Shown here: piece by piece, positions 1 to 22,800 of the stretch
Position numbering within the stretch: position 1 is the stretch's first letter
Layout: the number at the start of each line of letters is the position of its first letter
Assembly: GCA_000388065.2 (NCBI GenBank)
Contig: KB932203.1
Length of the DNA: 64,000 nucleotides
From: Fonticula alba ATCC 38817
Lineage: Eukaryota > Protista > Nucleariida
Direction: 5' to 3' (one strand)
Translations under genes and position numbers: made by a program
The notes under the pieces: generated by a model
Seen by the model: the letters and a program-made list of their open reading frames with translations, nothing else
What the model was told of the DNA's origin: nothing
The model's database searches: none

Positions 1-2
1 CG

Positions 3-1565
3 CTGGCGCAGCTGGACGACTGGTATGCCGCCTACCGGACGCTGGTCAGTGGCGAGGGCCGTGTGGCGGCCGATGACGACCCGCTGCTCCGCTGTGAGGG
101 CGAGTTCAAGGCCCTTCTGATCCTCTACGGCCTGCCCGATGTACGTTTGCCTCCCTGCCCACCCGCTGGCCGGCTCGGCTGCGAGCGCCGCCCCCTGCCA
201 CCGCGCCCCTGACCCTGATTCCGCGCATGTGCCGGCATTGCTCCTGTCTATGGGGTCTACCGCTCGCCAGAACATCATCCCCCTGGTGCCGGATCGGCTG
301 CTTTCCCACCCGCTGGTCAAGCGGTCCATTGCCTTCACCTACGCCCAGGCGGCCGGCGATGCGGCTTCCATGCTCAACCACTTCCGCGCGGCGCCCTACT
401 TCCAGGCGGTGCTGATGATGCGTGTACGTTGCCCCGCCTGCTCGTGGCTCTTCTTCGCCTGCTCGTGGCTCTTCTTCGCCTGCTCCTCTCCCATTTGCCA
501 CCCTCCCGTCTCGCTTGTCACTTTGTCCCTCCGGCTCCCCCTTTTTTTGTCGCCCTCGGCTGACCTGCTGGCCCCTGCCCGGCCCCTCCCCGGCTTGGCG
601 CGGCCAGTTCCTGCCACGCGCGCGCTTCGACCACCTGCGCACCCTCAGCCACTTCCTCAGCCGCTGTCGCAGCAACGGTCCGAGTGACGTCGCCATCAAT
701 ACCACCTCCCCCCTGCCGAGCTTCTACGGCCAGCAGCCCGCCCCCAAGGTGACCCTCATTCCGGTGGAGGTGCTGGCCGGGTTCTACTGCTTCGCCAGCC
801 CGGCCGAGTGCTGCCACTTCCTGGCCACTCTCGGCTACACCATTCGGCGGGTTTCCCCGGCGGACGCCAGTGCCATGACCCTGCCGGCCATCATCCCGGC
901 GGACTTCCTCCCGGCCACGTATTCCGGCTTGGTGGCGGAAATCCCCCAGCTGCAGGTTGTTTATACCCCAGGTCCGTGCCATGGGCCGTTCTCTGCAACT
1001 TGCGCCCAGTACCCGCATGCGCCGCCCCGCCCCCCCCCCGCCCCGCGGGCGACAGTCCTCCACCGGCCTCATCTCTGACTTGACCCCGGTCCTGCTCGCA
1101 TCTGCCAGGCCCCACTCTGGCCAATATGAGGTCCTGGCACACCTCGACCACCATGGGCCTGCTCCAGGCCCAGCCGCTGTCGGTGCTGATCGAGGGCCAG
1201 TCCATCCGGTCGCTGCCGGTCGCCCCGCCGGCCATCGACGATCCGACCATCCGGCCGGAGCCCTATGTCCCGGCGTCGGAAAATGCCCCCAGGCCCGAGC
1301 GTGCCAGCAGGTCCCGCCGCTTGGGGGGGCTCACTCTGCCGGACGGGGACCCGCCCGGCGGCGGTGCGGCCCTGGCAGGCGCCTCCGCCACCGGGCCCGC
1401 GCCCCCGGCCGCCAACGTGCGCACCCTGTCCCAAAAGTTCCGCCAGCAAATCCCGCCACACGCTGGGTCATCGGCAGGCACCGTGTCGTCGCGCCGGGAG
1501 CCCGCCTCTACCTCGACCACCGGGGCCCAGCCGCCGGCCCCCTTCAGCCCGGGTGACACGCCGTT

Positions 1566-1619
<54 letters not shown>

Positions 1620-2901
1620 GCCCATGGCCCGGCCCTCGGCGGGGGCCGGCTCGCCGGAGCTGGGCACCACCTTGTCGCCCTTTTCCGTTGGGCCGGGCAG
1701 CCCGGGCCCGGCGGCCGCCATGGCCCCGGTCAAGGCCGAAGCACCCAGCCCCTTTGTCTTTGGCTCCGGCCCAGGCATCAAGGCTCCCGTCGCATCGAGC
1801 CCCGCATTTCCCCCGGCCCCCGCGGCCGCACCGCCCGGCCCCTCCGCCAGCTCCGCGACGCCGGCCACCCGGGCGCCCTTTTTGGCTCCCACCGCCGTCG
1901 TCGCCGCCGCCGCCGCCGCCGCCGGCGGCCCGGTGGCATCCTTCATGCCCGAGCTGCCGGCCGCCCGCCAGACTCAGCCGGCTGCCCGGCCGACTGCCGG
2001 CCCCGACTCGGCTGCCTCGCATCCATTTGGCTTTGGCCCCGCCCCGGTGACGGCCTCGGCCACGGGGTTCGTCTTCGCGCCGCAGCCGGCCACCGCGCGT
2101 ACCGACCGGCCGCCCACCCTCCAGCCACAGCCGCAGCTACAGCAGCCGCAGTTGCAGCCGCGGCCCCCGTTGCCACGGTCCCAGCCGCCTGAGGCGCACT
2201 CGCAGCCGCCGGCCCGGCAGCCGAAGCGCCCGATCGCGGAATCGCCCCGGCCGGAGGACGACACCCCGCCGGGGGAATTCCTCTTCCGCCGGCGGGGCCC
2301 GGCTGCCTCGGCGCCAGCGCCCCCGCCCCCGAAGGAGCCAGCCCTGTCGCCGGAGGAGCTGGCGGCGTATCGCGCGCGGGCGCTGGCCGCCCGGCGCGAC
2401 GTGCTGGCCCGGCGAGCCGTGCGCCAGTGGCGCGCCCTCGTCCGGCAGCGGCGCCTCCTCCGCCGGTCCCTTGATGCCTGGGCCCGGGCCATCGCCCGGC
2501 GTCGGGCCTTGGCCGCCCGGGTGCTGGCCCAGTGGCGGGCCTTTGTCGAGTTTGCCGCCTGGCGCCGGGACCGAGCCCTGTCCACGATGCAGGCCTGCGC
2601 GGCGGGCCCGGCCCCGCTGCACTTCGCCCGGGCGGCCGCCCACCTCCGTCCATCCGCGCGGGGCGCCGCCGCCGCCGCCGCCGCCGCCGCCCCTGCCACT
2701 CTGGACTTTGGGGACCTGCTCCTGCACACTCCCCTCGGCGCACGCCTCCTCCAGCTTCAAACCCCAGCAGCGCCGGCCCCTCCGGCGCTGACCGCCACCC
2801 AGCGCCGCCTATTGGCCGCCGGCGCGGCCGACCCGCTTGCCACGCCCCCGGCACACGCCTTCACCCTGCTCGGTACGCCGCTGCTCGGGGTCCGGCGGGA
2901 G

Positions 2902-2975
<74 letters not shown>

Positions 2976-3647
2976 ACAATCGCGGCCTGGCCGCCACTCG
3001 CAAGGCCCGCTACTGACCCATTCTCCCCGGCCATGTGCGCTGGGCTCCCTCTCGCCAGACATGCTGCTGAAGCTCTTCGACCGGGTCCGGCTCCCGGCGG
3101 CCCTGGGGCCGCAGCTGTCGGGCCCCGCGCCCCGGGCCCACGACCCGGCCCTCGTCGCCGAGGCCTCATGGGGCGGTGCGTGTGTTGCCCCCCCCCCCNN
3201 NNNNNNNNCACGCCCGGCTCCGTGTAGATCTCGGCCGTGCGGTTCTCATCCGCATGGTTCGCCTGCTGCGGAGCACCCTGCGCGCCCTGGCATTCGAGGT
3301 ACGGGCGCACCTGCCCTCCCGCCTGCTGACCCCCCAGCCCCCGTACCTGGGCGCCTTGCCCCCCTCCCCCCCCCCCCCCGACCTCCATCTGCGCGCCCGG
3401 AACCGCAGGACCACCTCCTGTCGCCGGAGGCCAGGTCGCTGTTGCGCGGCGACGCCGAGTCCATCCTCCCGTTTTTGTACTTTGACGGGCCCGGCGAGGT
3501 CTTTGACAGCCGGGAGAGTCCGATCTCGGCCACCCTGCTGCTGGAGCGCACCGCCTCGATCCAACGGTGCGCCACGCGCACACGCGCACACGCGCACATG
3601 CGTACCCCCCTCGGCGCCCCTGCCGCCGGACCCTCACACTGACATGT

Positions 3648-3721
<74 letters not shown>

Positions 3722-4381
3722 TTGGCCGCGTGGCCTGCCAGCTGCACGATCAACGCCACGGTGCTCCTGTCCCACCAAGTGGAGGTCCTCCGCCTGGGGA
3801 CCAAGTCGCTGCTGGCGGCCGACATGCTGACTACCGGCCGGGGCGCGGCGGATCGGCTCCGGCGCGAGGCGCTCCCCGCCCGGGCAGCCTGCCAGCGCCT
3901 GCTGACCGACGCCGCGGCCGCCGGAGCCGTCTTCCCCTTCCTGCAGTACATGTATCTCCTGCTGGAGTACACGGCCCTTGGGGACATTGCCCTCCGGTCG
4001 CCGGACGTCCATGGCCCCCTCGCGGCTGGGGATGCGGAAAAGTGCCTGCTCAACAATCTGGCCCACATGTTCCTCACACACCCGGCCCTGGGGCCCATGC
4101 TGGCCGATGTGCGCGATGCCGTTCGGCGCTTGTATGCGGCCTCGGGCCCCAGGCCCCGGGCCGGCCCGTCGACCCGCGCGCGGCCCTCCCACGGGCCCGA
4201 GCACCCGGATCCGAAGCGCGCGCGGTGCGCACCGTCTGCCCCGGCAGGCGAGGTCGCCGGGACATTCGCCCAGCCCTCCGAGCCCTGGGCCCGGCCCCTG
4301 GCCGCCGGGCCGCCGGGCCCGGTTTGCACCCCCTCCTCAGCGGCGCGTCTCATCGACCGGGCCCGGAGCCTCTTCCTCTGA
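3..4381 (+). CDS. SAC3: SAC3/GANP (MCM3AP)-like TREX-2 scaffold protein; multi-exon, 5' end lies outside the window
   Basis: Spliced exons read LAQLDDWYAAY...LILYGLPD (3-140), NIIPL...HPLVKRSIAFTYAQAAGDAASMLNHFRAAPYFQAVLM (~284-422) and LIPVEVLAGFYCFASPAECCHFLATLG (~740-840), matching the PCI/winged-helix end of SAC3/GANP from recall. These are followed by a Pro/Ser region with FG-like motifs and a Trp/Arg-rich helix (RRAVRQWRALVRQRRLLRRSLDAWAR...) resembling the centrin/Sus1-binding CID. Phase-compatible intron at 2875-3060. Stop TGA at 4379-4381. Confidence 0.7.
435..485. repeat. 21-bp tandem duplication (CGCCTGCTCGTGGCTCTTCTT x2 plus partial) in a SAC3 intron
   Basis: Read directly: units at 435-455 and 456-476, partial copy at 477-485. 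Confidence 0.9.
2905..2975 (+). repeat. poly-C homopolymer, 71 nt, intronic
   Basis: Counted directly. Lies between a GTACGC donor (2875) and a CCAG acceptor (3060), with TACTGAC at ~3011. Confidence 0.9.
3651..3721 (+). repeat. poly-C homopolymer, 71 nt, probably intronic
   Basis: Counted directly. Flanked by CACTGAC (~3637) upstream and CCTGCCAG (~3741) downstream. Confidence 0.85.
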
Positions 4382-4539
4382 TTGACTGGGCCTTGCCCTG
4401 CCGGAGCCCGCCGCGCCTGCCCACTCTCTTCACATAGACCTTGCTGCCAGCCCAGACCGGAGCACGCCCGCACACCGGCGCGGGGCATTCGCGCCCACAC
4501 CCATGTATACACAAGCACATGAATACAGTTGCGCGTCCC

Positions 4540-4764
4540 TGCACACAAGTACACATACACACATACGCACGCACGCACACATGTACGCATGTATATAAGT
4601 ACACATGTACGCATGTACACATGTACACATGTATATAAGTACACATGTACGCATGTATATAAGTACACATGTACGCATGTACGCATGTACACATGTACGC
4701 ATGTACACACATGTACACACATGTACACATGTACACACATGTACATACATGTACACACATGTAC

Positions 4765-4842
<78 letters not shown>

Positions 4843-4850
4843 GGACAGTG
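4540..4850. repeat. compound purine-pyrimidine repeat (CATGTACA/CATGTACG/CATGTATATAAGTA units) ending in (CA)n-AAGGACA; copy 1
   Basis: Read directly. Lies between the convergent stops at 4381 and 4963. Confidence 0.85.
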
Positions 4851-4962
4851 AGGAGAACAAAGAAGCAAGGGGACAATGTCACGCGCGTGTTGGCACCGCC
4901 TTGGGCATGGGTATCTTCCTCCCGGGCGCCGGCAGCAGGGCAGCCACAAGCGTCACCGGGGG

Positions 4963-15789
<10,827 letters not shown>

Positions 15790-17062
15790 GGTACTGTGCG
15801 CCCGGCGTGCGGGGGCCGGGATCGAGCGAGGGTGGGCGAAGGGAGATGCAGGGAGGGGGGGGGGGCGGCTAAAGAGGGACGAGGCGGCAAGAGGGCAAGA
15901 AGGAGCACGGAAACGGGCGGAGGGAGGAACGGCGGGGTGACTTGGCCGGGCACCCGAGGCGCGGCACCCAGGCCGGGGGCCCAAAAAGCGCCAGCCACGC
16001 CACGAGCCGGGGCGGCCGGTGATGGGGGTGCCGGGGGCGGGGCCAGCCGGCCGGAGCCCGGGCGCCGGCCGGCCCACGCCTCCCTCCCTGGTGGAGGGGA
16101 GGACCGGCGGGATCTCGTCTCCACGGTCGGAGGGACGCGATCTGCCCGGGGCTGGGGCCTGGCGCCGGCGCGCTTCCCTGCAAGGCAGGGCGCACTCCGC
16201 CCCCCCCCCCCCCCCCCCCCCCCCGTCGTGGCCCGCGCTCAGGCCAAGGCCAGGCCCTGCGGACCGATCGCTGGTGCGTAAACGTCCGGAGGCCCGGAAA
16301 AACGGGGATCAGACCGGGCGCGCCCGCGCGATCCACACACCCCCCCCCGCAGCAGTGGCAGCGGCAACGGCAACAACAACTCGGCTCCTGGGAGGCCCCC
16401 CGCGGGGGTGGAAACGCCCGGATGGGAATGGCGCGGCGCGGCGCGGCGGCTGCCCGAAGAACACCCAGCGAAGAGAGACGCAGCCGACGGAAACACCCCT
16501 GGCCGGGGGCAGGCCGCGGGCCGGCATCGAGCCCGGAGGCCGGCCCGCGAACGCCGAGATGGCGCATCCTGGCCGGCCCACTCGAACAGGCCAGGCACCC
16601 GGCCGCACGCCCCCTGCCCGCAGCCGCACCCACGAGCGCGCCCGCACGCCCGGCCGCACGCACGCGCGCGCACACACTCACACACACATGCACACGCTTT
16701 TACACTGGCACCATCACCGCCGACCGGGCCCTTTCCCCCCCTCCTCCCTCCGCCAGCCCCGGCCCCCCCCGCCCGCCGGCGCCCCCCAACGGGGGCAGGA
16801 CACCGCGAACGAGCGTCTCCACTGACGGAGCACCCCCGATGGCCAAAATCCCTGAGTGCCGAAGGTATCCCGTGCCGGTGTCCCAGTTAAGTTGTGTTAA
16901 TCCCCGGAGGACCATCAATGAAGAGGCCAATAAAAATAACCATTTGTGGCGGGCATTTGCCGCGACGGCGTCCCTTTAGCCCCCCCCCCCCCCCCTTCCC
17001 CCTTCGCCTTCCTTCCCCGCTCCGGTCCTCGATCTCCCCTCTTTATCTCCTCTCTGGCACTA

Positions 17063-17325
17063 ATGACCGGGCACACCACGGCCCTCGCGCTCGTGGTCGG
17101 CGTTGACGGGTGCGTGCGCGTCCACTTGCCCGCTGTCCAGCCCAGCGACTCCCCTTGTGTTCCGCCCTCTCCTCCCTGACCTTCCGCCCCGATCGCACAG
17201 CGGCGCCACCAAGTCCACCCTGACCGTGGGGTTGGCGCGTAACTGCCCCCAGGACCCGGTGCAGGGCTTCTGCCTGTCCGGGCCAGCGGCCAACATCCAT
17301 GTGCGCGCATGCTCATGGCGATCCT

Positions 17326-17372
<47 letters not shown>

Positions 17373-19256
17373 GCGCCCTCGCCGTCGGAGCTAATCCTCC
17401 TCCTCCCTTTCCGCCTCGCCCCGCCCGGGGCTTGGCGCCTGTGCCCGGGCCCCCGAGCAGATCCGCGGCGTCGAGGTGGTCGCGCGTGAACTCCACCACA
17501 CCCTGGCCGCCGGCGTGCGCGGCCTGCTGGAGAGTCCCGGCCTGCGGGAGCACTCGTGCACCTGTCCGCTGGGCGAGTCTTGCCCATTGTGGCCGGCCGG
17601 GCGGGCGGGCACCGAGGCGGGCGGCCCCCCGCGCGCGGTGATCGCATCCCTGGTGGCCTGCCTGAGTGGCATCCAGTCGGACACCGACGCCGAGGCCCTG
17701 CGCCGGTGCCTCCAGCAAAAGGTGTGGTCCGGGGCTGCGTGTGCCCGGCAGCGTCTTTGCGCGCATTTGCTCTCCAACGACGGGGGCACCGAGGTGCCGG
17801 ATGCCGACCTGGCGGGCCTGCTGTCGCTTCAGCCGGGGGCCTTTCTCCCGCCGGCCCACACGCTGATCCTGAACGACACGCGTGTCTGCATCACCGGGCA
17901 GCATCCCATTTCGGAAGTCGGCGGCGCGGCCCTGTCCGTGTGCCTGGTGGCCGGGACCGGCAGCAATTGCACCACCCTGCCGTGGCACCTGGAGCCGCAC
18001 GAGATCTCCGGTACGCCGCCGGGCGCCGGTCCTTCCCCACAGGGCCGCCGCCCTCCTACGGCCCTTCGCCCCTGCTGCTGGTCTGACGTCATCTCGCGAT
18101 CTCTCCCCGGCCGCCCCCCGCCCCCCGCCCCCGCCCCCCGTCTCTGGCTGAGCAGATGCGGCTCGGTGTCACTGCGATGCTTGCGACCGGGACGCAGCAT
18201 GCAGCCAGCCCCTGGCCTCGAAGCCGGCCAGTTTCCAACGCGTGTCGGCCGGCGGCTGGGGGCACCTTCTCGCCGACCATGGAAGCGGTGCGCCTCGCCG
18301 TGTTTTTTTTTTGGATGTTGTCCTTCTTCCTCTCTCCCCTTCTGCTCCCTCTCTCCCCTTCCCCCGCGTCCCCTGGGCATCCGCCCGACCGACCCCTCTT
18401 TCGCTCACTCGCTCGCTCGCTCGCCCGTCCGTCCACCCGCCCGCCCGCCCGCCCGCCCGCCCGCCCGCCCCACGGCCACCAGGCTATGCATGCGCTCTTC
18501 TCTGCTTGCAGAACATTTTCTTGGCCCTGGACCATGTGCCACTGCAACTGGACTCGTACGCCCCCGAGGCCGGCCCGGAGGAGCTCGGCAACCCGGCCGC
18601 CGCGGCCGTGGCCCTCGGCCTGATGGCCGATCACTTTCAGGTGCGTCAGCTCACGTCCCCCCCCCCCCCTGCCTCTGTCTCTCGGTCTCGGCTGTCCCCC
18701 TCGCTACGCCCACGCGCGCGACTTACCGCCGCCCTGTCAACGGCAGATCCCGGCGGATGTGCGCGCCAGCGGCACCTCGGCCATCCAAAGCTGGATGGTG
18801 CAGAACATCTACACCGCCGGGTCCGACTCCAAGAGCTTCATCGCCGGCTTCGCGCTGCAAGTGGCCCACGGCGCCGCCACCCTCAAGGACCCCTTCTGCC
18901 GGGCGCACCTGCACCATGCGGGCTGGTGGCTGGGACGGCTGTTGCGATCGGTCATTCAACGCTCGCTCCCGGGCCCGGGCCCGGAGCTGCCGTGCGGCGT
19001 GTCGGTGGCCTGCATCGGGTCGCTGTTCAATGCCTTCGAGGCGGGACTGGGCGAGGGCCTGCTGCTTGGCCTGCGGGCCGGTCGGCAACTTGTCGGCATT
19101 GTCATGCGCGTCACCTGCCACCAGGCAAAGGGGGAGTTTGCTGGCGCGCTTGCGGCGTCGGCCTTTGCGCTGGAGCTGGTGCTGGGGCCGGGCGGGCCGG
19201 GTGTTCCGGGCCGGGTGCCGGCCTCCATACTGCTCACCCGGCGGGTTCCCCTCTGA
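17063..19256 (+). CDS. NAGK: N-acetyl-D-glucosamine kinase (BadF/BadG/BcrA/BcrD, ASKHA fold), animal NAGK-like; multi-exon
   Basis: Splicing joins VVGVD|GGATKST (phosphate-1 motif). Downstream motifs: GPAANIH, SLVACLSG, LILNDT, CLVAGTGSNC (cf. human LISGTGSNC), RCGGWGHLLADHGSG (cf. GGWGHMMGDEGSA), SKSFIAGFA and CIGSLF. ATG at 17063, stop TGA at 19254-19256. Confidence 0.85.
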
Positions 19257-19835
19257 GGCCCGAGAGAAGGGCCTCCGGGGTGGGCCCTGGCCCGGGGCGG
19301 CCCGGGCAGGACCGGCAGAACCCCAGCCGCAGGCAATCAACAAGCCTCCCCTGTCCACCCGGGCGCGCCTGCGCCGGTGCCTGTCTCCCCGACCTGCCCC
19401 GGCCCGGGGGCTGCCCCTTCCTGCTCTCGGTCGGCCAAATGCAAGCAAAAGAGCAACCCCAAATCCGGCCACTTTCTCAGAAGTCTATATTCGTTTTTTC
19501 CATAATTGTGGCCTCCNNNNNNNNNNNNNNNNNNNNNNNNNNNNNNNNNNNNNNNNNNNNNNNNNNNNNNNNNNNNGGGGGGGGGGGGGGGGGGGGGGGG
19601 GCGGCGAGAGGGAGGGAGAAGGGAGGCGATCGCCAGGGATCCCTCCCTGGCGGTCTGTCTAGTATGTGCCCCGTGCCCTCTTGGGCGGCTGCGCCGGCCG
19701 TCTTGCCTGGCCTCCGCACTCTTGCTCATCTCTGCTGTCCTGCCTCTCGCTCTCTCTCGCCCTCCCTCGTGGCACTTTCGCGCACTGGCGAGAGAAAAGA
19801 ACCCAGAGGGAGGGGGACGGAGAGGCACTCATGTC

Positions 19836-22800
19836 TCAAGAGCGCTTGGCCACGCGAACGTGCAGCACCAGCATCACCTGCGTACCGAGGAGCTTCTCGA
19901 TACGAGCCGAGGCATTTTGCACCATGGCGCGGTGGATGGTGCCATTCCGGCCGACGATTTTGGCCCGGTGGGCTTCGCGCGGGACCGTCAGCACATGGTC
20001 AATGCGCAGGAATCCCTTGAGCGGGGTCCAGCCGACGGTGGCCTGCTGCGCTTCCCAGGGGATCTCCTCATGGGTGTACTCCAGGAGCTGCTGGCGGATG
20101 ATCTCATTGATGCGGGTCTCGATGCTCAGATCGGTCGAGGCGTCCGCGCTATATTCCCACGGGCCGGGCCGGGCACGCTTCATGAGGAACCTCTGCACGT
20201 ACGACGAGCATGCACACGCGTGTGTGTGTGTGTGTGTGTGTGTGAGTGTGGGCGATCGAAGAGAAAGCAAAGGAGAAAAGAAGAAAGAGCAGCCCCAAGT
20301 TGCAATCAGCCAGCCAACCAGCCAGCCAACCAGCCAGCCAGCCAGAAAAGAAACAGGGCACAGGCAGAGGGGGGCACACACGCACCACCAACGGGTCCAG
20401 GCCACGCTGCTTGGCCGCCGAGATCATGAAGAACCCGTGCAAATTCAGGTCCTCACTCAGGTTGACGTTCAGCTGGCCACGCAGCATGTCGGCCACGCGC
20501 GGGTCCGAATGGAGCGGCGCCTCCGGCCGGTCGATCCGGTGCAAAGGCGACCTCTCCAGCATGACCAGGCGCAGGTCCGACCGCTCGTGGGCGTCCCACT
20601 CGTCGGACTTCAGCGGCTCAATGCCCTGCTTCTCCAGCGTCTCATTGGACAGACGCTCGGCCATGCGCTCCAACTCGTTGAGCTCCGCCTCATCGGAGTC
20701 CTCGGCGTCGGAGGCCGCATCGCCAGGGGCGGCTGCCGCGGCCGCCAGCGACTTCAGGGCCTCTTCCTGGTCGAAGTCCAGGGAATTCAGCAAATCCTGC
20801 AGCGACTGGCCCCCCGGGGCATCCAGCAACTCCACCTGCTCGGCCATGCTGACCAGCAGCCGTGGATCCGGGTACATGACCTCCGGCAGGCGCTGCCGCA
20901 GGAAGGCCCGATTGGCCCGGCGTACGGCCGGCGTGGCATCCGGATCGAAGTACTCCTCGTCGGAGTCCAGGCCATCCGACAGGTCGCTCTCCTCGTCGTC
21001 CTCCTCCTCCGGCTCCTTGTCGGAGTCGGAGTCGCTGGACCGCCCGCCGGCCTCCAGGTCGTCGAACAGCTGCGCGGCCTCGAGCTCCGCACGCTCATCC
21101 GCCCGCATCAGCGCCTCGAAGGCCGGCAGCCCGACAAGCAGATCCGGCTCCGGCACAAAGTACGGCGACAGGTAGGGCTCCGGCACATTGGCCAGGTGCA
21201 TGGTCGCCTCGGGTGTGGCGGTCGAATCGAGCCGCACCAGGGCCCAGTGCCGGTTGAGGGCCACGCGGAAGTAGTTCACCAGAATGGCCCGCAAGTACTG
21301 GCGGAAGGTCGAGCACCGGGGGTTGTTCGGCTGCAGGAAGTCCACCACATCGATGTCATCCTGCAGCTCCAGGCGCTGGATCTCCAGCAGGATCTGGTCC
21401 AGCAGGGCCAATTCCTCCGGCACCGAGGGATCCAGGCGCAGGTACTCCAGCTGTGCGGGCGAGGCCTCGCGCAGGAAGCGCCGCAGCCCGGCCGCCGTGC
21501 TGGCGCACAGGAGTTCCGGCCGCGGCTGGAACTGGTTGTCCGGACACATCAGGGCATTCAGCAGGGCCAGCGACCCGAAGAGCGGCGGGTTGGCCGGCTG
21601 CTGAGTCAGGTATTCCGTCGGCAGGAGCCGGGCCACGAAGGCCGGCAGGTCGCTCGGGACCAGGTCATCCTGGGGGAAGTCCCGCCAGTTTTGGTGCAGG
21701 AGCTCCGTGCGCCGGCGCGCATCGGCCACCGAGGGGAAGGGCCCGAAGACGCGGTTGAGCTCCTCGGCCGACAGCTCGGACAGCGGCCGCGTGGGGTCGA
21801 GGGGGTCCGACTCGCCGGACCCCAGCGGCGGCGCCGGCGGCGGAGGCGCGTGCGGCGTCTTCAGGTCAAAGCTCTTGGGCCGGATATTGGCGAAGATCGA
21901 GCCATAGAACTCGGCCAGACTGCTCATGTCCTTGTTGGAGGAGGCGATATCGGTCTGTGGCGGGGGGGGGTCGGGGGCGGGGGGAGGGGAGGCGTGAGTA
22001 CAGGGGCACCCACAGGAGGGCCATGGGCAGAGGTGTCAGCAGAGGAGGCGATGCCGTGAGGCCGGCCCGGTGGGTGTGCACCTTGTTGAAGACGATGAGC
22101 TTTTCCACATTGGAGGGATGCGCGGCCAGACGCTTGGCGATGTCCACGTCATTGGTCTGGTGGCTCTTGGAACAGTCGATCATCAGTACAACCAGATCCA
22201 CGTCATCCAAGACCTTCCAGGCCTTCTCGATAGTAGGAAGGTTGCTCCTACAATGAGAGTCAAGAGTGGGCGAGCGGGTGGGCCGGCGGGAGGGTGAGCG
22301 GGGGNNNNNNNNNNNNNNNNNNNNNNNNNNNNNNNNNNNNNNNNNNNNNNNNNNNNNNNNNNNNNNNNNNNNNNNNNNNNGGGGGGGGGGGAAGGGGAGG
22401 AAAGAGGGGGGCGAAGGGAAGGCAAAAAGAGGGCCAAGGGCAGGAGGATGGGAGCGCTCTCAAATAAGGACCACCGGCAAAAGGGAGTGCAGCAACAACA
22501 AACAACGAGTACGGAACAGGAGAGAGGGAGGAAGAGGGAGGAGGAGGGAGGAGGAGGGAGGAAGGGAGAGAGAGAGAGAGAGAGAGAGAGAGCAAACGCA
22601 CTTGCGCGCAACCTTGGTCGACAGAATGCCCGGGGTGTCGACGAAAACGATCTGCACATTCTCGCGCGTCAGGATGCCGAGGGTGTTGGTGCGCGTGGTG
22701 TTGGCCTTGCGCGAGGAAATGGACACCTCGCCACCGATCAGGGCATTCAGCAGGGTGGACTTGCCGGAGTTCGGCGTGCCGATGATGGCCACGCGGATGA

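Noticed and set aside
19666-22059. 797-aa plus-strand ORF
   Set aside because: Antisense shadow of the Era gene.
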